Part shown: positions 24,599 through 36,989 of the stretch, one piece after another
Layout: every line of letters starts with the position of its first letter
How positions within the stretch are numbered: the first letter of the stretch is position 1
Source of the DNA: Craspedostauros australis
Lineage: Eukaryota
Direction: 5' to 3'
DNA: 64,000 nucleotides
NCBI GenBank assembly: GCA_030167865.1
Contig: JALAGF010005483.1
Coordinates: 1 to 64,000, forward strand
The notes under the pieces: model-generated
Database searches by the model: none
The model's input: the letters and a program-made list of their open reading frames with translations, nothing else
Told to the model about the DNA's origin: nothing
Made by a program: the position numbers and the translations under genes

Positions 24599-26742
24599 GT
24601 AGAGACATTCGACTGTGTGAATAGATCGTATTTGTGTGGAGTTCGTGGTACTTGTTGGAGTGGCTTGCGCTGACTCTCTCTCGGGACGGAGCAAGGAAGA
24701 AAGAGAGTACGACTATGTACGTACGCACGCGACAACTCGGTGGTGGGCGCAATGCTCGTTTTGGCCACCAGGGGAGTGAGGCGTCGGATCTTTGGAATGT
24801 TGATGCCAAAACAACTTTGAATCTTTTCCTCACCCAAATCATCGCAGGCGCGAGCCACCGCAGTCTACTCTAAGGAGTAATACATGAAAGCACATAGAAC
24901 CCTCAAACAAGCGAAAGCATATGCAAACAAGGTGATCGCATAGAATAAAATGATAGCTTAAAACTCTAGTTTCTGACTTGACAAACTGTTTTGTGTCAGA
25001 CCATGCTATCTCCCTAGTAGCTGATGTTGTACAGACTGCATTGGTTTCCAATGTTCCCCTGTCCACTTTTTGGGTTTTTGCCTCTCCTTTCACATTTGTT
25101 GTTTTCCCTTGTGGTATCCAACATGTTATTGCTGCACGATTTCCACAACTTGTGCAGATGAATGTAAAAGTTGTGGGACTCTCCTCTGTGGTTGGACTTC
25201 AAAATATCGATTGCAGCCAGCTCTCCACGGAGAAAGAGAGAGAGCAATTGTATTTCTCCACTCTAATTGACTTGATGCCGTTGTTTATTACTTTGGTGAT
25301 GTTTTTTCGACAAGTGGGGTTGACCGGTTTTGCGTGGCTGATGATGAGCACCACTGGAGAGTACGAGTATGGTTGTGGTGCGTGCCGTCGCCTCCTTCTT
25401 CGAGTAGTATTCTCGCCATTGGAATAAATGCGTTCATCGTTGACGCGGTCGCTGCCGTGGGCTAACGCTCTTTGCGGACGACGCAGATGGTTCTCGGCAT
25501 GTTATTCGTCTGCGTGACGGAACCAAATCACCGCGCAAGCACCACGACACGTGGTGGAGTGAAGATGGTAATCCTTCTGCAACGGTTGCGGAACTATCTG
25601 GTCGTGCAGGTGGCGGTGTGATCCCATCGTGAGCGTCGTTCGCCTGGCCAACTCGTATGCCTCGAAGATGGCCTTGGCGCTGTCCCCTCGTTTCATCAGT
25701 TGGATACAGACTGCGTCTCTTCGGCGTTTGGCGTTGTCCTTTGCCATTCCGTCGTTCTGGTTGAAAATGTGAGCGCGTGGTTTTGCTCTTCTGAATTTGG
25801 CGCACTTCTGTCCATCGATTTCTAAGTGATGTCCTACCTGATATTTATTTAGCTACACCATGGGCCAATTATTTGTCGCTCGGACTGCAAAAGGTGCGCT
25901 GAAGCACGATTATTTTCATGGTAAGCCCGTAATGAGACGTTAAGTTGGACAATGATTGGAGAGATTACTCGCAGAAAACCAGGCGATACGACACAACGAA
26001 ACTCGTCACACAAAACTGGGCCCACCAGCGATCGCCCACCACAGCCTCGCTCGCGATGTCCGCCATCTCCACTACTCCGCGGATGCCGTCATAGCATTAC
26101 TCTGTGCATGTGCTTCCTCGTCTGGTGCGTTTCACATCTCCGAAATGGCGTGTTGCAGAATGGCGCTTCCTTGCTGTTTCTTGGCTTCGCCATTTCTCTC
26201 TCTCTCCGCTTCGTCCACTCTATTTGCTTGTGTAGTCGTAATGGTAGAGCAGAGTACGTCCCAAGGTGTCGTAGATCCGCGAAATGTTGCATTTGCTTTG
26301 TGATGCGTTGTTGGTGGGTAGTGATTCCAGTCATCCCTGCCGCTGAATTGTTTGCTATTATAGTAGAATATAATATATAATATATTAATATATTATACAT
26401 CCTTCGTCGACATCTACTGATCCAGTTGACATCCCCTCCCTTCCGCTCTCATTCTTATTGCAGTCTGCGGTCGGTACAATCCTTTTTCGTTCGGATGCAC
26501 GTATATGCATGAAGCCAGTCAGGCAACTACGATGCAATACTGTATCATGGCATACGGCACGAAAACGCGTGAATTTGAGTCATGTACGAGCTATTATATG
26601 TTTGTAGTGCTCGCTCACTCTCAAGCAGCGGCATCATGCTCTACTCCTATTTCTGCAATCGTACATCCGTCCGAGACTATCCCAAGGACTATCTGCCTTC
26701 ACCCACAACGCTATACCTACGAGTACGCACTCGAGGACCCGC

Positions 26743-27872
26743 TCAGTCTTCTGGCAACTTGGGCCTCCACGCGCAGTATGTGGCAAGCCCCACTGCTGGA
26801 AGCAACAACGTGGACAGTGCGATCATCGTCGCCTTCTTGTCGATGTCATCAGCGGACACATCTGAGGTGTCGCCGACACGGAGCTTGTAGTCCAGGGGAA
26901 CCATGACCGCACCTGCTGCGTTCAGAACTAGAAGATCGACTGAGCTGACACAGCCCAATTGCGATGTCGAAAGGAGGGACTTGTACCCGTCCAATATTCC
27001 TTGAAAGTTGTCGATGTTCTCAACGATGCCAAAGAAATATGGGAGGCTGAAGAGAGCAGCGATAACTCCATAGTTGACGACCTTGTTCTCCAATACGTTG
27101 CGGCTAAACCATGCCATTTCAGACAGCGTTTTCTTCTCAACAGGCTTTGCTCGAAACGTCAGGAACGGGGCTGGACGAGGAGAACGAGTTTGGGTGACGA
27201 AGAAGTGGAAGAAGGTGGCAGTGTGAGCATGGAGATTCACATGATAGATCAAGGCATTCTACGTCCCATGGCACACACCCACAAGCAGCAGTTCGCGGGG
27301 TTCGCTTGGCATGGACAGAGCAACCTCGTGCACGTACCGGTGGTGAAGTATCCCAAGAAGATCGATATCACTGCGAACGGCGTGATCGGCAATCCACGCT
27401 TTGACCCCTGGGGCACTGCCAAGCAGGCGATGATGATGGGCATGATGCCCAGAGAGTTGAAAATGACCACGAAGATTTCATTGACGCCCTGTGGATTGGT
27501 AGGACTGGAAATGAACGTCCACAGCATGTTCTTGTCGAAATCCGGAGAGTATGGCGTAAGGAAGAAGCTGAAGATCAACAAGGCCACCCAAAGACCTCCG
27601 AAGACTGGATTGAAGTCCCAGTTGGGCTCGTCGTCATTTCCGTCCTCGACAGACGAAGCCTTCGACGTTGTCGCCTGAAGACAAGTCTTGGCAGTCTTCA
27701 TACTTCGCTCGAGTGGATGTGGACATGGCGACTTGTTGCAAATCTGCTGCTGCTGCTGCAGGTGCATGGTTCCAGCGGAATGCGAACGTCCCACGATGAC
27801 GAAGCCATCGGATCTGCCTTGCCACAGGCAAGCCAGCAAGGCCGAGAGCATGAATGATAGAGCAATACGCAT
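26743..27872 (-). CDS. Multi-pass membrane protein, DUF2834-like, plastid-targeted, copy 2 (exons 27872-27338, 27170-26743)
   Basis: Paralogue of the 23323-24472 gene with the intron at the same position (27337-27171, GT..CAG, phase 1) and an identical C-terminus (...AWRPKLPED). Confidence 0.75.
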
Positions 27873-28534
27873 GGTGCTTGCCGATCGCGCTTGTATACTC
27901 GTGTAGTATTGTACTCGTACGAATGATGAAGAATTGTTTTAATTCTGCGAAGAATGGCGAAAGAGATCGATCGATCCATCATTTGCTCTCTTCCTGCTCT
28001 TGGTGGATGTTCTTTCCCTTCACCCGGAGGCGGGTGGATACCGTACTCGTACAATGGAGTCATGCGTTTGTTGCATAGGTCGTGGCTCGTGCCTTGCATA
28101 GCTCGTACTGTGGTACATGACAGTGCGAATGGAGAAGAACTCAGTCATTGCATTTGTTGGGGAAGATCACATCAAACTTGAAGGTGCACACATGGTGGAA
28201 GTTCCACTCTCTCCTGATCCAGAACAACGAGAAGCCATTCGCCACAGGACGTGCAGAGCAATAAATCCCAAGGGGGTGCCGCTGGAAGAACAAACCCGTT
28301 TCTGAGAAACGTTGATGTGTGGCAGTATCTTGTGATGTCTTCTTTTCTCCAAGCAGTCGAGTTTGTCGATGAATAGGTCACGAGTAACCACGATAGATCG
28401 AGCGAACACACATCAAACCAACCAGAGAGGATGCGCGAGAGAAGATCCACCCGCCTGTGCCTCCATCATCCACACCACAACCACAACAAGCCACAATCTG
28501 CCAAGTCAATCAAGAGCAGAGAAAGAGCGCGACA

Positions 28535-29344
28535 ATGCGTTGTGCACCAAGGATACGAGAGATCACGCGGATGCGTCGTCAAGTTCAGGCTGTCCCAGCC
28601 AGAAGACTGGTACATCTGCGCCGTTCCGCTGCAAGGATCTGCGGCGTCTCCCATTTGCTTGGCTCTTCTTCTTCTCATTCTCCGAGTACTAGTATGTCTC
28701 GCAGTTCGTCATCATATGCGAGTTGTCTGGTTCGACAGAGTCCAGTCCGGAGGTACAGCGAGACGCGGGCAAGCCTTCAGACAAGTGGGGGCAGCAACGG
28801 CAGCAGCGACGGTATCTTTGTGAGAATACCAGATCCGACATGGTCGTTGGAAGACTTGGAATTGACTAAATCCCAGGAACCTGTCGCTTTGGTTGAATTG
28901 AAGGATTTGGCGCGAAAATCGCTGCTTCGGATTGACGAAAATGGCACCGATAGCAGAAGCGACAACGACTTGTGTTCGAGTCTTCAGCAGGATCTGGGGA
29001 ATATGCTTCACATGGTGGAGCAGGTGCATTCGTATTCTCTGTCGCAAAAAGAAGCTACTGATGACCACGGCAACAACGATATCGACGGCGATGGCCGTGA
29101 GCTTTCAGCAACGCAGAAGCAAAGGCAAGACAGCGAGATCTACGACCGTGTGCGCGGCGTGACAAAGGCTCCGGTTCGACGGAGCGATTCCGCGGGAGAC
29201 ACATCTGCTTCCAGCCACACCGAAAGCCAGAGCGGTGTTGTCGATGATATGGAAGCCCATGCAATCTGGGAGAGCATGCTGAAGCCGAAGACCAAGAGGG
29301 TTGGAGGAGGCCATCACTATTTCTCCGTCATCACGAAGGACTGA
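28535..29344 (+). CDS. Putative organellar Glu-tRNA(Gln) amidotransferase subunit C (GatC/GatF-like)
   Basis: Arg/Ser-rich presequence-like N-terminus. PTWSLEDL, ELKDLARKSLLRI, LQQDLGNMLHMVEQV and a C-terminal HYF resemble the GatC pattern. Similarity is weak and judged by eye. Confidence 0.5.
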   Translation: MRCAPRIREITRMRRQVQAVPARRLVHLRRSAARICGVSHLLGSSSSHSPSTSMSRSSSSYASCLVRQSPVRRYSETRASLQTSGGSNGSSDGIFVRIPDPTWSLEDLELTKSQEPVALVELKDLARKSLLRIDENGTDSRSDNDLCSSLQQDLGNMLHMVEQVHSYSLSQKEATDDHGNNDIDGDGRELSATQKQRQDSEIYDRVRGVTKAPVRRSDSAGDTSASSHTESQSGVVDDMEAHAIWESMLKPKTKRVGGGHHYFSVITKD

Positions 29345-29837
29345 TGAGATACTTGATGGCGAGCAGTGCTCCTGCTCCTCTCTCTAGAGAGTCTTCATGT
29401 ATGCTCATTGCAGTGGAGTACGAGTCGACGACTCCACAGAGGACTGGTTGCCGTGTTCGCAGCCAATGTCTCCATGGGATCCGCCCAGCTATTCCTGTAC
29501 GGATCCGCCTCCTCCTCGTGCTCACACACAGCGCAATGATAGTTACTGCACCACCACAATCTTCTGCACACCAAACAGAAAATAATGAGGCGGCGCGAAT
29601 CATGATCTTCGGGCTGCTCCTATCATACCACCCTATGCATCCTCCCATCAAGCTTCGAATGCCATACTCCGGTACTCCACAATTCTTGCATTGTCAAACT
29701 AACTAATGATATCGCACTGTCAATGGCACCATACTACTCCACTCCAGTATATCGTTGTTTTACATATGTGCTTATATGCTGCCCACAGTTCATCATCATC
29801 ATCTTGCCTGCTCTGTATCATTTTCCTCTACTTTGCT

Positions 29838-32618
29838 CTACTTGTCTCTCTCATCGACGAACGAAAGTTCCCAAAAATCAACAGGTGTAGATGGCGGCGA
29901 GAATTGTGCGCGATGTCTGCAGTGGTACTGGAAGTCCTTGTCCTTTCCAAATGCCTTAGCGCCCTTGCCTTCCATCAGAGCACGATAGAAGTCAGCACAC
30001 TCCCTGCATTCGAAGGTTGGCATCTTCTTGCGCTCTGCGCGTTCTCTGACAACTTCGTTGAACTTGAATGCTGGGTCAGGGTCTGGATGTGACTTTGGCT
30101 GCGGTGACGACTCTGGATGTGGCTGCGGTGATGGCAGAGGCACCGGCATGCACAACGACAACATCGACGGCTTGCCTCGTGGTGATCGGGTTTCCCGCAA
30201 CGCGCTGTGGCTCTTGCCATCCATCCGCATCGGCATCTTCGGTTGCTTTTTTGGGTTGTGCTTGACTTGAGCTGGTGCGGGCTTGGCAAACTTTGCAGAT
30301 GTTGATCTCTTTGTTGGGGTGTTTGTGCTTCTGTTCGACTTGTATGGATTGATGATGGTTGGCTTCTTCGGCGTAGCGTTTGCCCTTCTCTTCGTTTGCG
30401 GTGTTGCGACCACGCACTGAAGCTTGCTTTGCCTGTATGTAGCCTTCGGAGCGTTCACAAAGTCTCTCGCGTTCTGATTGCAGATCCAGCCGTCGCTGTT
30501 GCTCACTTCCTTTGATTCCTTTGCAGGTTGCAGCATCCGTTGGATGAACCGCCTCGTAGCCGGAGTTGTTTCAGCCTTGCTATCGTTGCTTTTGCTGCCA
30601 CCGCCATCATCGCTGGTGTTGCTGTCAGCGCCTTCTCTGGCATTGTCCCTCTTTGGGTTGGCCACTTCGCAGGATGGCGGGACAGCTCCATGGCCATCTT
30701 CTTGATGCAACGAGACGGAATCGGACGCCTTTGCTTGCGATGGCTGATGTTGAACCTTGCACACATTTCCAACGGTTTGAGACGTCGTTCTGGACATCGC
30801 GCAGTTATCGACTTCGTCAGTGGTGATGAATTCTGGTGTGCCGTTGGTGGGAGGGGATGTTGCGACACCATTGGCAGCACCATCGCCAGCATCACCATCG
30901 CCACCGCCATTCGCTTCGTCAGCGTCGTTGCTTGTGTTGGATTTGAGTTTAGTGACATCGCTGTTGAGTGTACACACGCTGGGATCATCACACTCCACGG
31001 CATGGTTGTTATCATCTTCATGATTGGCGCGAACACTTCTGCTTTTGGTGGCATTGGCATTGGCGTTGTTGTTGACGCTGTTGATGGAAGGGAGGAGGTT
31101 GCGTCGCAGCATCTTCACCGTCCGCTTTTGATGCGAAACAGCGACGGGGTTACACTTGGCGAGGTTGTCCAGCGGGGCTGTCGGAGTCTTGTAGATCACA
31201 GTGGAATGACGCCGTGTATTTCGGGGCTGGTCAGGGATGACGAATTCGTTGATGAGCGTTGATTGGAGTGTGCTGATCCAGGGCACCATCCCAAGAGTTT
31301 GCGTCTGCGTTTGTGTCTCTGCGTCATCGGGGTATTCATCTTCTGGGCTGACCGTTCTTGGCACGGGTGGGAAGATTGGGCGCAACGGGCGGAAGTCGGG
31401 CGTCACGATCTGGCTTTCGCTGTTTTCTGCATTTGTGATTGCATGCAAGGCAGTGTCACCGTCAACAGGAAGAGATTGGTTCTGTTCGTGAGTGGATTTT
31501 GACGCAGAGGCGACGGATGGCTTGTGTGGTGTCGTCAGTGGGTGTGGTGGAGTTGAAATCCGAAGCGGGTATTGCTGAGACGTGGGATTGATGCGACACT
31601 GAACCGGTTTGGACAACGGTTGCTGCAGCCGTCGCTCCCGATCTTCCGTCGCTGTTGCATACTGTTGGAATGTGGATTTGATGAGGCCGTACTTGGACTG
31701 TACCTTCGCATACTGCTCGTACGCTAGAGCAGCCAAAGGCCAACCAAACAAGATGCAGTAGAGCTGAGGGATGGAATGGATGGCCGCACTAGTGTGAGTG
31801 GCTGTGCTTGCGCCAACGGAGGCAGCAACGTCACGAGGCTCTTTGAGAGATGGCGGTGCCACCGAACGCGATCGGAGATGCTGCTGACGCGGAGACTGTC
31901 GTGCTCTCCACGTCTTGCTTCTGCCATTGGGATCATCCCTGTCACTGTCACTGTTGCTGTCACTGTCGCCATTGGTGTAATGATCACCACATTCGTCATT
32001 GCGGTGTTTTCGCCGATTCGAGAGCCTCCGCTGGTAACGTGATGCCGCAGGAACGGACCGTCGCGGTCTCCGTGGTTCCTGGCGTGATTTCTCTGGTTGG
32101 TCTATTTGTTCCTGTTGCGCTTGCATCCGACGGCGAATCTCACGTTGGGCCCAAGGGTTCGGAAGGGATGGAAAGCGCAACGGCGGTTGCTGGGGACAAA
32201 GTTGCCCTTGGCTTGTTGCATCGCTCGCACGAGTGGAATCCTGATTTCGCTGCGGACATCGTTTGCGACAATGCGAAATCACGGGCGATGAAACGCATGG
32301 TGCAGATGGGATTGCTTGTGGCGCATGCTGGGATGCTGAGGAAGGTGGAAGCAATGGCACGGGCAATGACGAAGGTTGCGGCGTTACGGCGCGCCGTCTT
32401 CGCTTTCTGTTGTGCTTGCAGTCAGGCTCGTCTTCTTCTCGTTGCTTTGGACGTTCGTTCTTGTGGCTGCGTCGTCCAACGCGCTGCTGCTCATCATGGG
32501 ATGATGATGACACCGGCAGATCAGGAAGCGGCGTGTCGGTCTGCCTCTTCTTGACGCGTCCACGGCGTCGTATCTCAGCGACGATGTCCAGAGGCATGGT
32601 GGCTCTTGTTCTCCCCAT
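29838..32618 (-). CDS. COM1: CtIP/Sae2/Com1 DNA end-resection factor
   Basis: The C-terminus FKFNEVVRERAERKKMPTFECRECADFY...CRHRAQFSPPSTPVDFWELSF carries the CxxC, RHR and TPxxFW motifs of the SAE2/CtIP C-terminal domain. The rest is low-complexity; the start codon and possible in-frame introns are uncertain. Confidence 0.88.
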   Translation of the reverse strand: MGRTRATMPLDIVAEIRRRGRVKKRQTDTPLPDLPVSSSSHDEQQRVGRRSHKNERPKQREEDEPDCKHNRKRRRRAVTPQPSSLPVPLLPPSSASQHAPQAIPSAPCVSSPVISHCRKRCPQRNQDSTRASDATSQGQLCPQQPPLRFPSLPNPWAQREIRRRMQAQQEQIDQPEKSRQEPRRPRRSVPAASRYQRRLSNRRKHRNDECGDHYTNGDSDSNSDSDRDDPNGRSKTWRARQSPRQQHLRSRSVAPPSLKEPRDVAASVGASTATHTSAAIHSIPQLYCILFGWPLAALAYEQYAKVQSKYGLIKSTFQQYATATEDRERRLQQPLSKPVQCRINPTSQQYPLRISTPPHPLTTPHKPSVASASKSTHEQNQSLPVDGDTALHAITNAENSESQIVTPDFRPLRPIFPPVPRTVSPEDEYPDDAETQTQTQTLGMVPWISTLQSTLINEFVIPDQPRNTRRHSTVIYKTPTAPLDNLAKCNPVAVSHQKRTVKMLRRNLLPSINSVNNNANANATKSRSVRANHEDDNNHAVECDDPSVCTLNSDVTKLKSNTSNDADEANGGGDGDAGDGAANGVATSPPTNGTPEFITTDEVDNCAMSRTTSQTVGNVCKVQHQPSQAKASDSVSLHQEDGHGAVPPSCEVANPKRDNAREGADSNTSDDGGGSKSNDSKAETTPATRRFIQRMLQPAKESKEVSNSDGWICNQNARDFVNAPKATYRQSKLQCVVATPQTKRRANATPKKPTIINPYKSNRSTNTPTKRSTSAKFAKPAPAQVKHNPKKQPKMPMRMDGKSHSALRETRSPRGKPSMLSLCMPVPLPSPQPHPESSPQPKSHPDPDPAFKFNEVVRERAERKKMPTFECRECADFYRALMEGKGAKAFGKDKDFQYHCRHRAQFSPPSTPVDFWELSFVDERDK

Positions 32619-33257
32619 CGTTCTTGCCGTGACTGCCAATACTAGCACGTGTATGGTGTACGTAGCACGAAGGTCTCGCGGTGATGGTCTATTGATTTAT
32701 GGATGTGATCGTTGGCTTCACTTCCTGGAGAACATGGTGGGAACACCACTCCGGCTCAATGTTGTCGGAATGGAGAGATTGGGACACCACCTCCGATGTT
32801 TGTCGCCATGCCACGCCATGACACAACAGAGAACTTCCACCACAAAACTCGAATCACCTCTTGGCATCAACTTTTGCCACGGTCGTGACTCTCTTGGCCC
32901 GTTTGAATCTGGCGGCAATTTTGGGCGCGAGGGTTCTAATCGATCGAATCAAACACGCGCAATCGCGCGTTACGTGTTTGGACCACGGGAACAACCTCAG
33001 CAAACACACAATCTGAACTACTCGTGGAGAGTACACGTTGTTGTGGAGCAGAACAGACCAGAGCTGGGCACATCAAAGGAGCATGTACGAGTAAACGTAG
33101 AGTGTACCATATTTGTACATTGTCATGTATGGCATAATATTATAGAATACTCTATTCTATATATGTTATCATATTGTATTGTACAATAGTATTCCGCGCT
33201 ATTTTACGCGCGCACTTGCAACTCGCTGCCGTACCACACCAACACTTCATGTCATCT

Positions 33258-34577
33258 TCATTTCTCATGCATCCGTGTGACGAGAGGCAGCTTTCGGAAC
33301 CTCCCCTGAACCCACACACGGCGTCGCTTCGTTCGCGTGCCGTGATTGACGTAAATCCTGCGGATGTAGTCCAGCTCCAGCACTTCGAATCCGGCATCGA
33401 CGAATAATTGCCGCACATCTTCAGTGGTGAAGTAAAAGCACTTGGTGCCATCGTGCTTCTGGTAGAAGTTCTCCTTCACCCGCTTCCCGCGCGACGTCCC
33501 CAGCTTCAGCTGGACCTCATCGTACCGCCCGAAATCTCGAAAGACCAGCACCCCGTTGGGCTTGAGGGCGGAGGCAACATTGCTCGCCGCCGTTGGCATT
33601 TCTGCTGGATCTATGGCGGACAGGCAGAACAGCAGTGATGTGACGTCTGCCGCTCCGATGCATTCTGGTGGCATCGTTGTTGTGAGATCGCACACCATGC
33701 CAAACGCTCCTCCTTTCACACGATCGCCGGCATCGGAGATGACCATCCTGCCGTCCGCGTTTTCTTGGTCATCGCGTGTTGCCTCTCTTTCCGTCGCATC
33801 GGCATTCGCAGACTCCGCTATCCTTCGGTTGTATTCGACGAAACGCTCGTCCTGCTTCATGAGCTCGATCGCTGTCCGGCTCAAATCCAATCCGTAGATG
33901 GTCGAAAACCGAAACCTCATGGGCTCATCATCAGCATCATCTCCCTTCTCAGCGCTCGCCCTCATTTTCGCCAGATTCTCCTCCAGGAATGGGAACAACG
34001 CGTTGCCAACCCCGCATCCCAATTCCATCATCGTCCGGTTGCATCTCAACCCTTCGCCAGATCCATCGCTGCTCTGCATGGAAAAGTCGTTGGGAAAGGC
34101 CTTCTCGAGATAGTGCCGATCCTTGAAGAAGCCGGTTCCGTGGTTGGAGTAAAAGAGATCCCAGATGCGGTCCTCGGATCGGAGCTGCGAGTGCGCGGTG
34201 CTCGGGATTGCGCATTTCTCATCGTTGTCATCGAGCAAGTTCTGCACCCGCTCTTGTTCCTCCTTGCTCCAGCCTTCATCCACGATCCACACTTCGTGCT
34301 GCAGCACCTTCTCATCTTCGAGCGTGAGATTACCCTCGCCCGTCGCCCTAGCTGCTGCGGTGCTCGTTGCGGTGCTCGTTGCGGTGCCCGATGATGACGA
34401 AGCCACAGCCGTTGGGATTGCCACGGCAGAGGATGGTCCATTGGCGTTGCTCAAGTTGTGAAACAGGGCACAATATCGCGCGGCCACGGACGTTTCTGAA
34501 TGTGTTTGCACCCTTCCAGATCCTCCATCCAGGTGGTCCCGATCTCGATGTCGGCGAGAGTCTTCCAATGTCGCCAT
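33258..34577 (-). CDS. METTL6: tRNA N3-methylcytidine methyltransferase, METTL6/METTL2/Trm140 family
   Basis: WDLFY...FFKDRHYL, SAM-binding ELGCGVGN, LFCLSAI, LKPNGVLVFRDFGRYD, ENFYQKHDGT, RVWVQGRFRK. Confidence 0.88.
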   Translation of the reverse strand: MATLEDSRRHRDRDHLDGGSGRVQTHSETSVAARYCALFHNLSNANGPSSAVAIPTAVASSSSGTATSTATSTAAARATGEGNLTLEDEKVLQHEVWIVDEGWSKEEQERVQNLLDDNDEKCAIPSTAHSQLRSEDRIWDLFYSNHGTGFFKDRHYLEKAFPNDFSMQSSDGSGEGLRCNRTMMELGCGVGNALFPFLEENLAKMRASAEKGDDADDEPMRFRFSTIYGLDLSRTAIELMKQDERFVEYNRRIAESANADATEREATRDDQENADGRMVISDAGDRVKGGAFGMVCDLTTTMPPECIGAADVTSLLFCLSAIDPAEMPTAASNVASALKPNGVLVFRDFGRYDEVQLKLGTSRGKRVKENFYQKHDGTKCFYFTTEDVRQLFVDAGFEVLELDYIRRIYVNHGTRTKRRRVWVQGRFRKLPLVTRMHEK

Positions 34578-36989
34578 CCTCGTAGTTCTTCCCTCTTCCT
34601 TCCTGATATGGGCTGCGACCTGCAATGGCCAGCGATGCGCTATTCAAGTCTTCCTACTCGCAGAGAGTTGCCTTGATTGTCCTTGACTCCCTTGGATTCC
34701 GTGGTGGACTGTTCGGTTGGCAGAGGTCTGCATCATCTCGCCTCGCCTCGCCTCATCAGGTTGTTGCGCTGTCGTTGGTTGCCACGAACACGACCCATGA
34801 TTTTGGATCTCGTTGTTCTGTGTGGTTGGTGTGTTGTTGGTTGGCTTTGTTTGTTTGCGGCCACACATTTTTGTGTGGTGGTTGGTTTGTCAAACAGGTG
34901 GAGTTCTGGACTCGCGCAAGGCGCCAACCCTGACGTACCTAGGACAGACGGTGGCTTCCGAAGAACAAAGGGTGATGCTGTCGTTAATTGTTTCCATCTG
35001 GAAGAAGTCCGATCAGGGTATTTTTAATTGGACAACCTTCGGTGAAACCTGGCGAAATACGCTAATTCACCAATCATAGCCGAGTTCGTCATCTGCTCCG
35101 TGATATATGAGTACCGTTCCAGTGGTGCACGGGACGAACAATCTGTCGAATGCCATCAATGACAAAAATGGCCGAATCGTTGATAAAAAGCCGCCGCCTC
35201 CTTTGACAGCCCAAAAGCCTACAAGAGAAGATGTGTCTTCTTGTCTTGACATGACCATGGGACTTGCGCGCTCCTCCATCCACACGCCAACACGAACAGC
35301 CCGTTCGAGCATTGGAACAGAGAGGCAACAGAATCCGCAACGAAAGCGACAACGATGCGCGTTCGATGTCCCGTGCGACACAGCTCCAGAGAACAGGATT
35401 CGGGAGAGGCCTTTGATGTATTCGGCTTGGAATCACCTTGCCCACAATGGCCCCGCTTGGTCTTGGAATTGGTTGTGACCGAGAAACCGGGAAGACTTCT
35501 TCTGCGCTTTGGTTGCGTCGCCGCCTCTTTCGCTTTCGCCATCGCCACAGGTGGTGGACACCACCAGCGTCGTCGCCCAGGCCGCGTGCATTGTTGGTGC
35601 GCTCGTGGAGCGGAGTTCCGACACCAGCAACAATAGCGAAAGTTAAATACTTGCGCGGCTCCTCTTGTGTTGGTGTGAGTCTTTGCTCCCAACACCATCA
35701 CACACATCGCACACATCACACACATCATTCTCACTGTGGTCATCAGCGCCAACGACCTTTGGAGCCAGACACCGTGCGCCTCCTGTTGGATCTAGGACAT
35801 TGCAAGATCATTTCAGCAACCTCGTCCATTCCTCCATTCCTCCCATCATCATTCACAACCACAGCGCCCTTGGGAACACAGAGCACAACAGACTCCAGAA
35901 AAGGAACACAGATACAGATACAGATACAGACAGTTCGTGCAGATACTTGACGACAAGACAGATAGAGTTGGCAACTGCGGAACATAGCAGAGGTGAGTTG
36001 ATGAATCCTTTGCATCATGGCATCATGGCATCATGGCATCATGACACTACTACCATACAGCTCGTCGAGGCCCGCAGATCAGGCGCCAAAATCAAGGGCG
36101 AAATGACCAAACGTCGTGCATCGGAAGGAACGGGGGCGCTGGGATGGCGCTCTGGATCTCTGCAACACTTGCAACGCGAAAGCGCAAGGAGCAGCATTGC
36201 CCATGATTCATTCGTCAGATCATCGGCTTGAGCTTAGGCTTGAGCTTCAGCTTAAGCTTGGCTTTGCCTGACACATCACCGCACAGGACAGCATCGTCAG
36301 GACAGCATCGTCAGGAATTGCAGGACCCTTCACGAAGTCGTCAGACCTCCATCGACAGACAACAAGGTCACAACAGAGTACTCCACTCTATTGCAGATGG
36401 CCGCACTCTATTTGGAGAGCCCAATCAGCTGCTGCACCAGGCGAGGCACAACTATGTGCCTCTGCCGGCAGTTGGCGCTCATATTTCGCAACGGATGATT
36501 GACGGGCATGGCCATGCCAGCACCGCAAGCCATCGCGCCAAGTACTTCCAACATACATTACTCTGGACACCTCTGATGCGATGGCGGGAGCTCGTAAGCC
36601 ACGCGCCGATGAGTGGCAGACTTGCTCAAAATGAAGACAACCTGAGCCCCGGCTCCTCGTTCTCGCTGGGAAGCCCCAACTCAGTCACCAACTCACACTC
36701 TCCGCGTTCATATCTCTCACTCTATTGACACAAAGCACGTATCACTGCTCTGCTCAATTCTACGCTGCTCTATTTCACTGTCTGCTCTGCGCACTCATTT
36801 GGAACCCCATGCAAGCAGGTATCTGAACGCCACCACACCATCCTCCACCAGAGTACAGCAGAGTACGTCTCTGAATCGTACCTGCGCAGTACACCTCATC
36901 CAATTGCCGAGCACAGCATAGCCGCAGCAATACCGAAGTACGAGTCGATCAAAAACAACTCACATCGAGCCAAACCGGCAGCCCATAGC

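Larger units (their letters stand above)
23280..27934. repeat. Direct tandem gene duplication (about 23280-24534 and 26700-27934)
   Basis: Similarity extends from the 3' flank (GCTATACCTACGAGTACGCACTCGAGG) through both exons to the 5' flank (GTACTCGTACGAATGATGAAGAAT). Confidence 0.92.

Noticed and set aside
25434..25805. Short minus-strand ORFs between the duplicated genes as a transposase remnant
   Set aside because: I recognised no catalytic motif, terminal inverted repeat or target-site duplication.
34650..36980. Possible gene or ncRNA in the gap between METTL6 and ankyrin A
   Set aside because: Only simple repeats ((GATACA)n, (CATCATGG)n) and weak ORFs; no tRNA or snRNA pattern seen.
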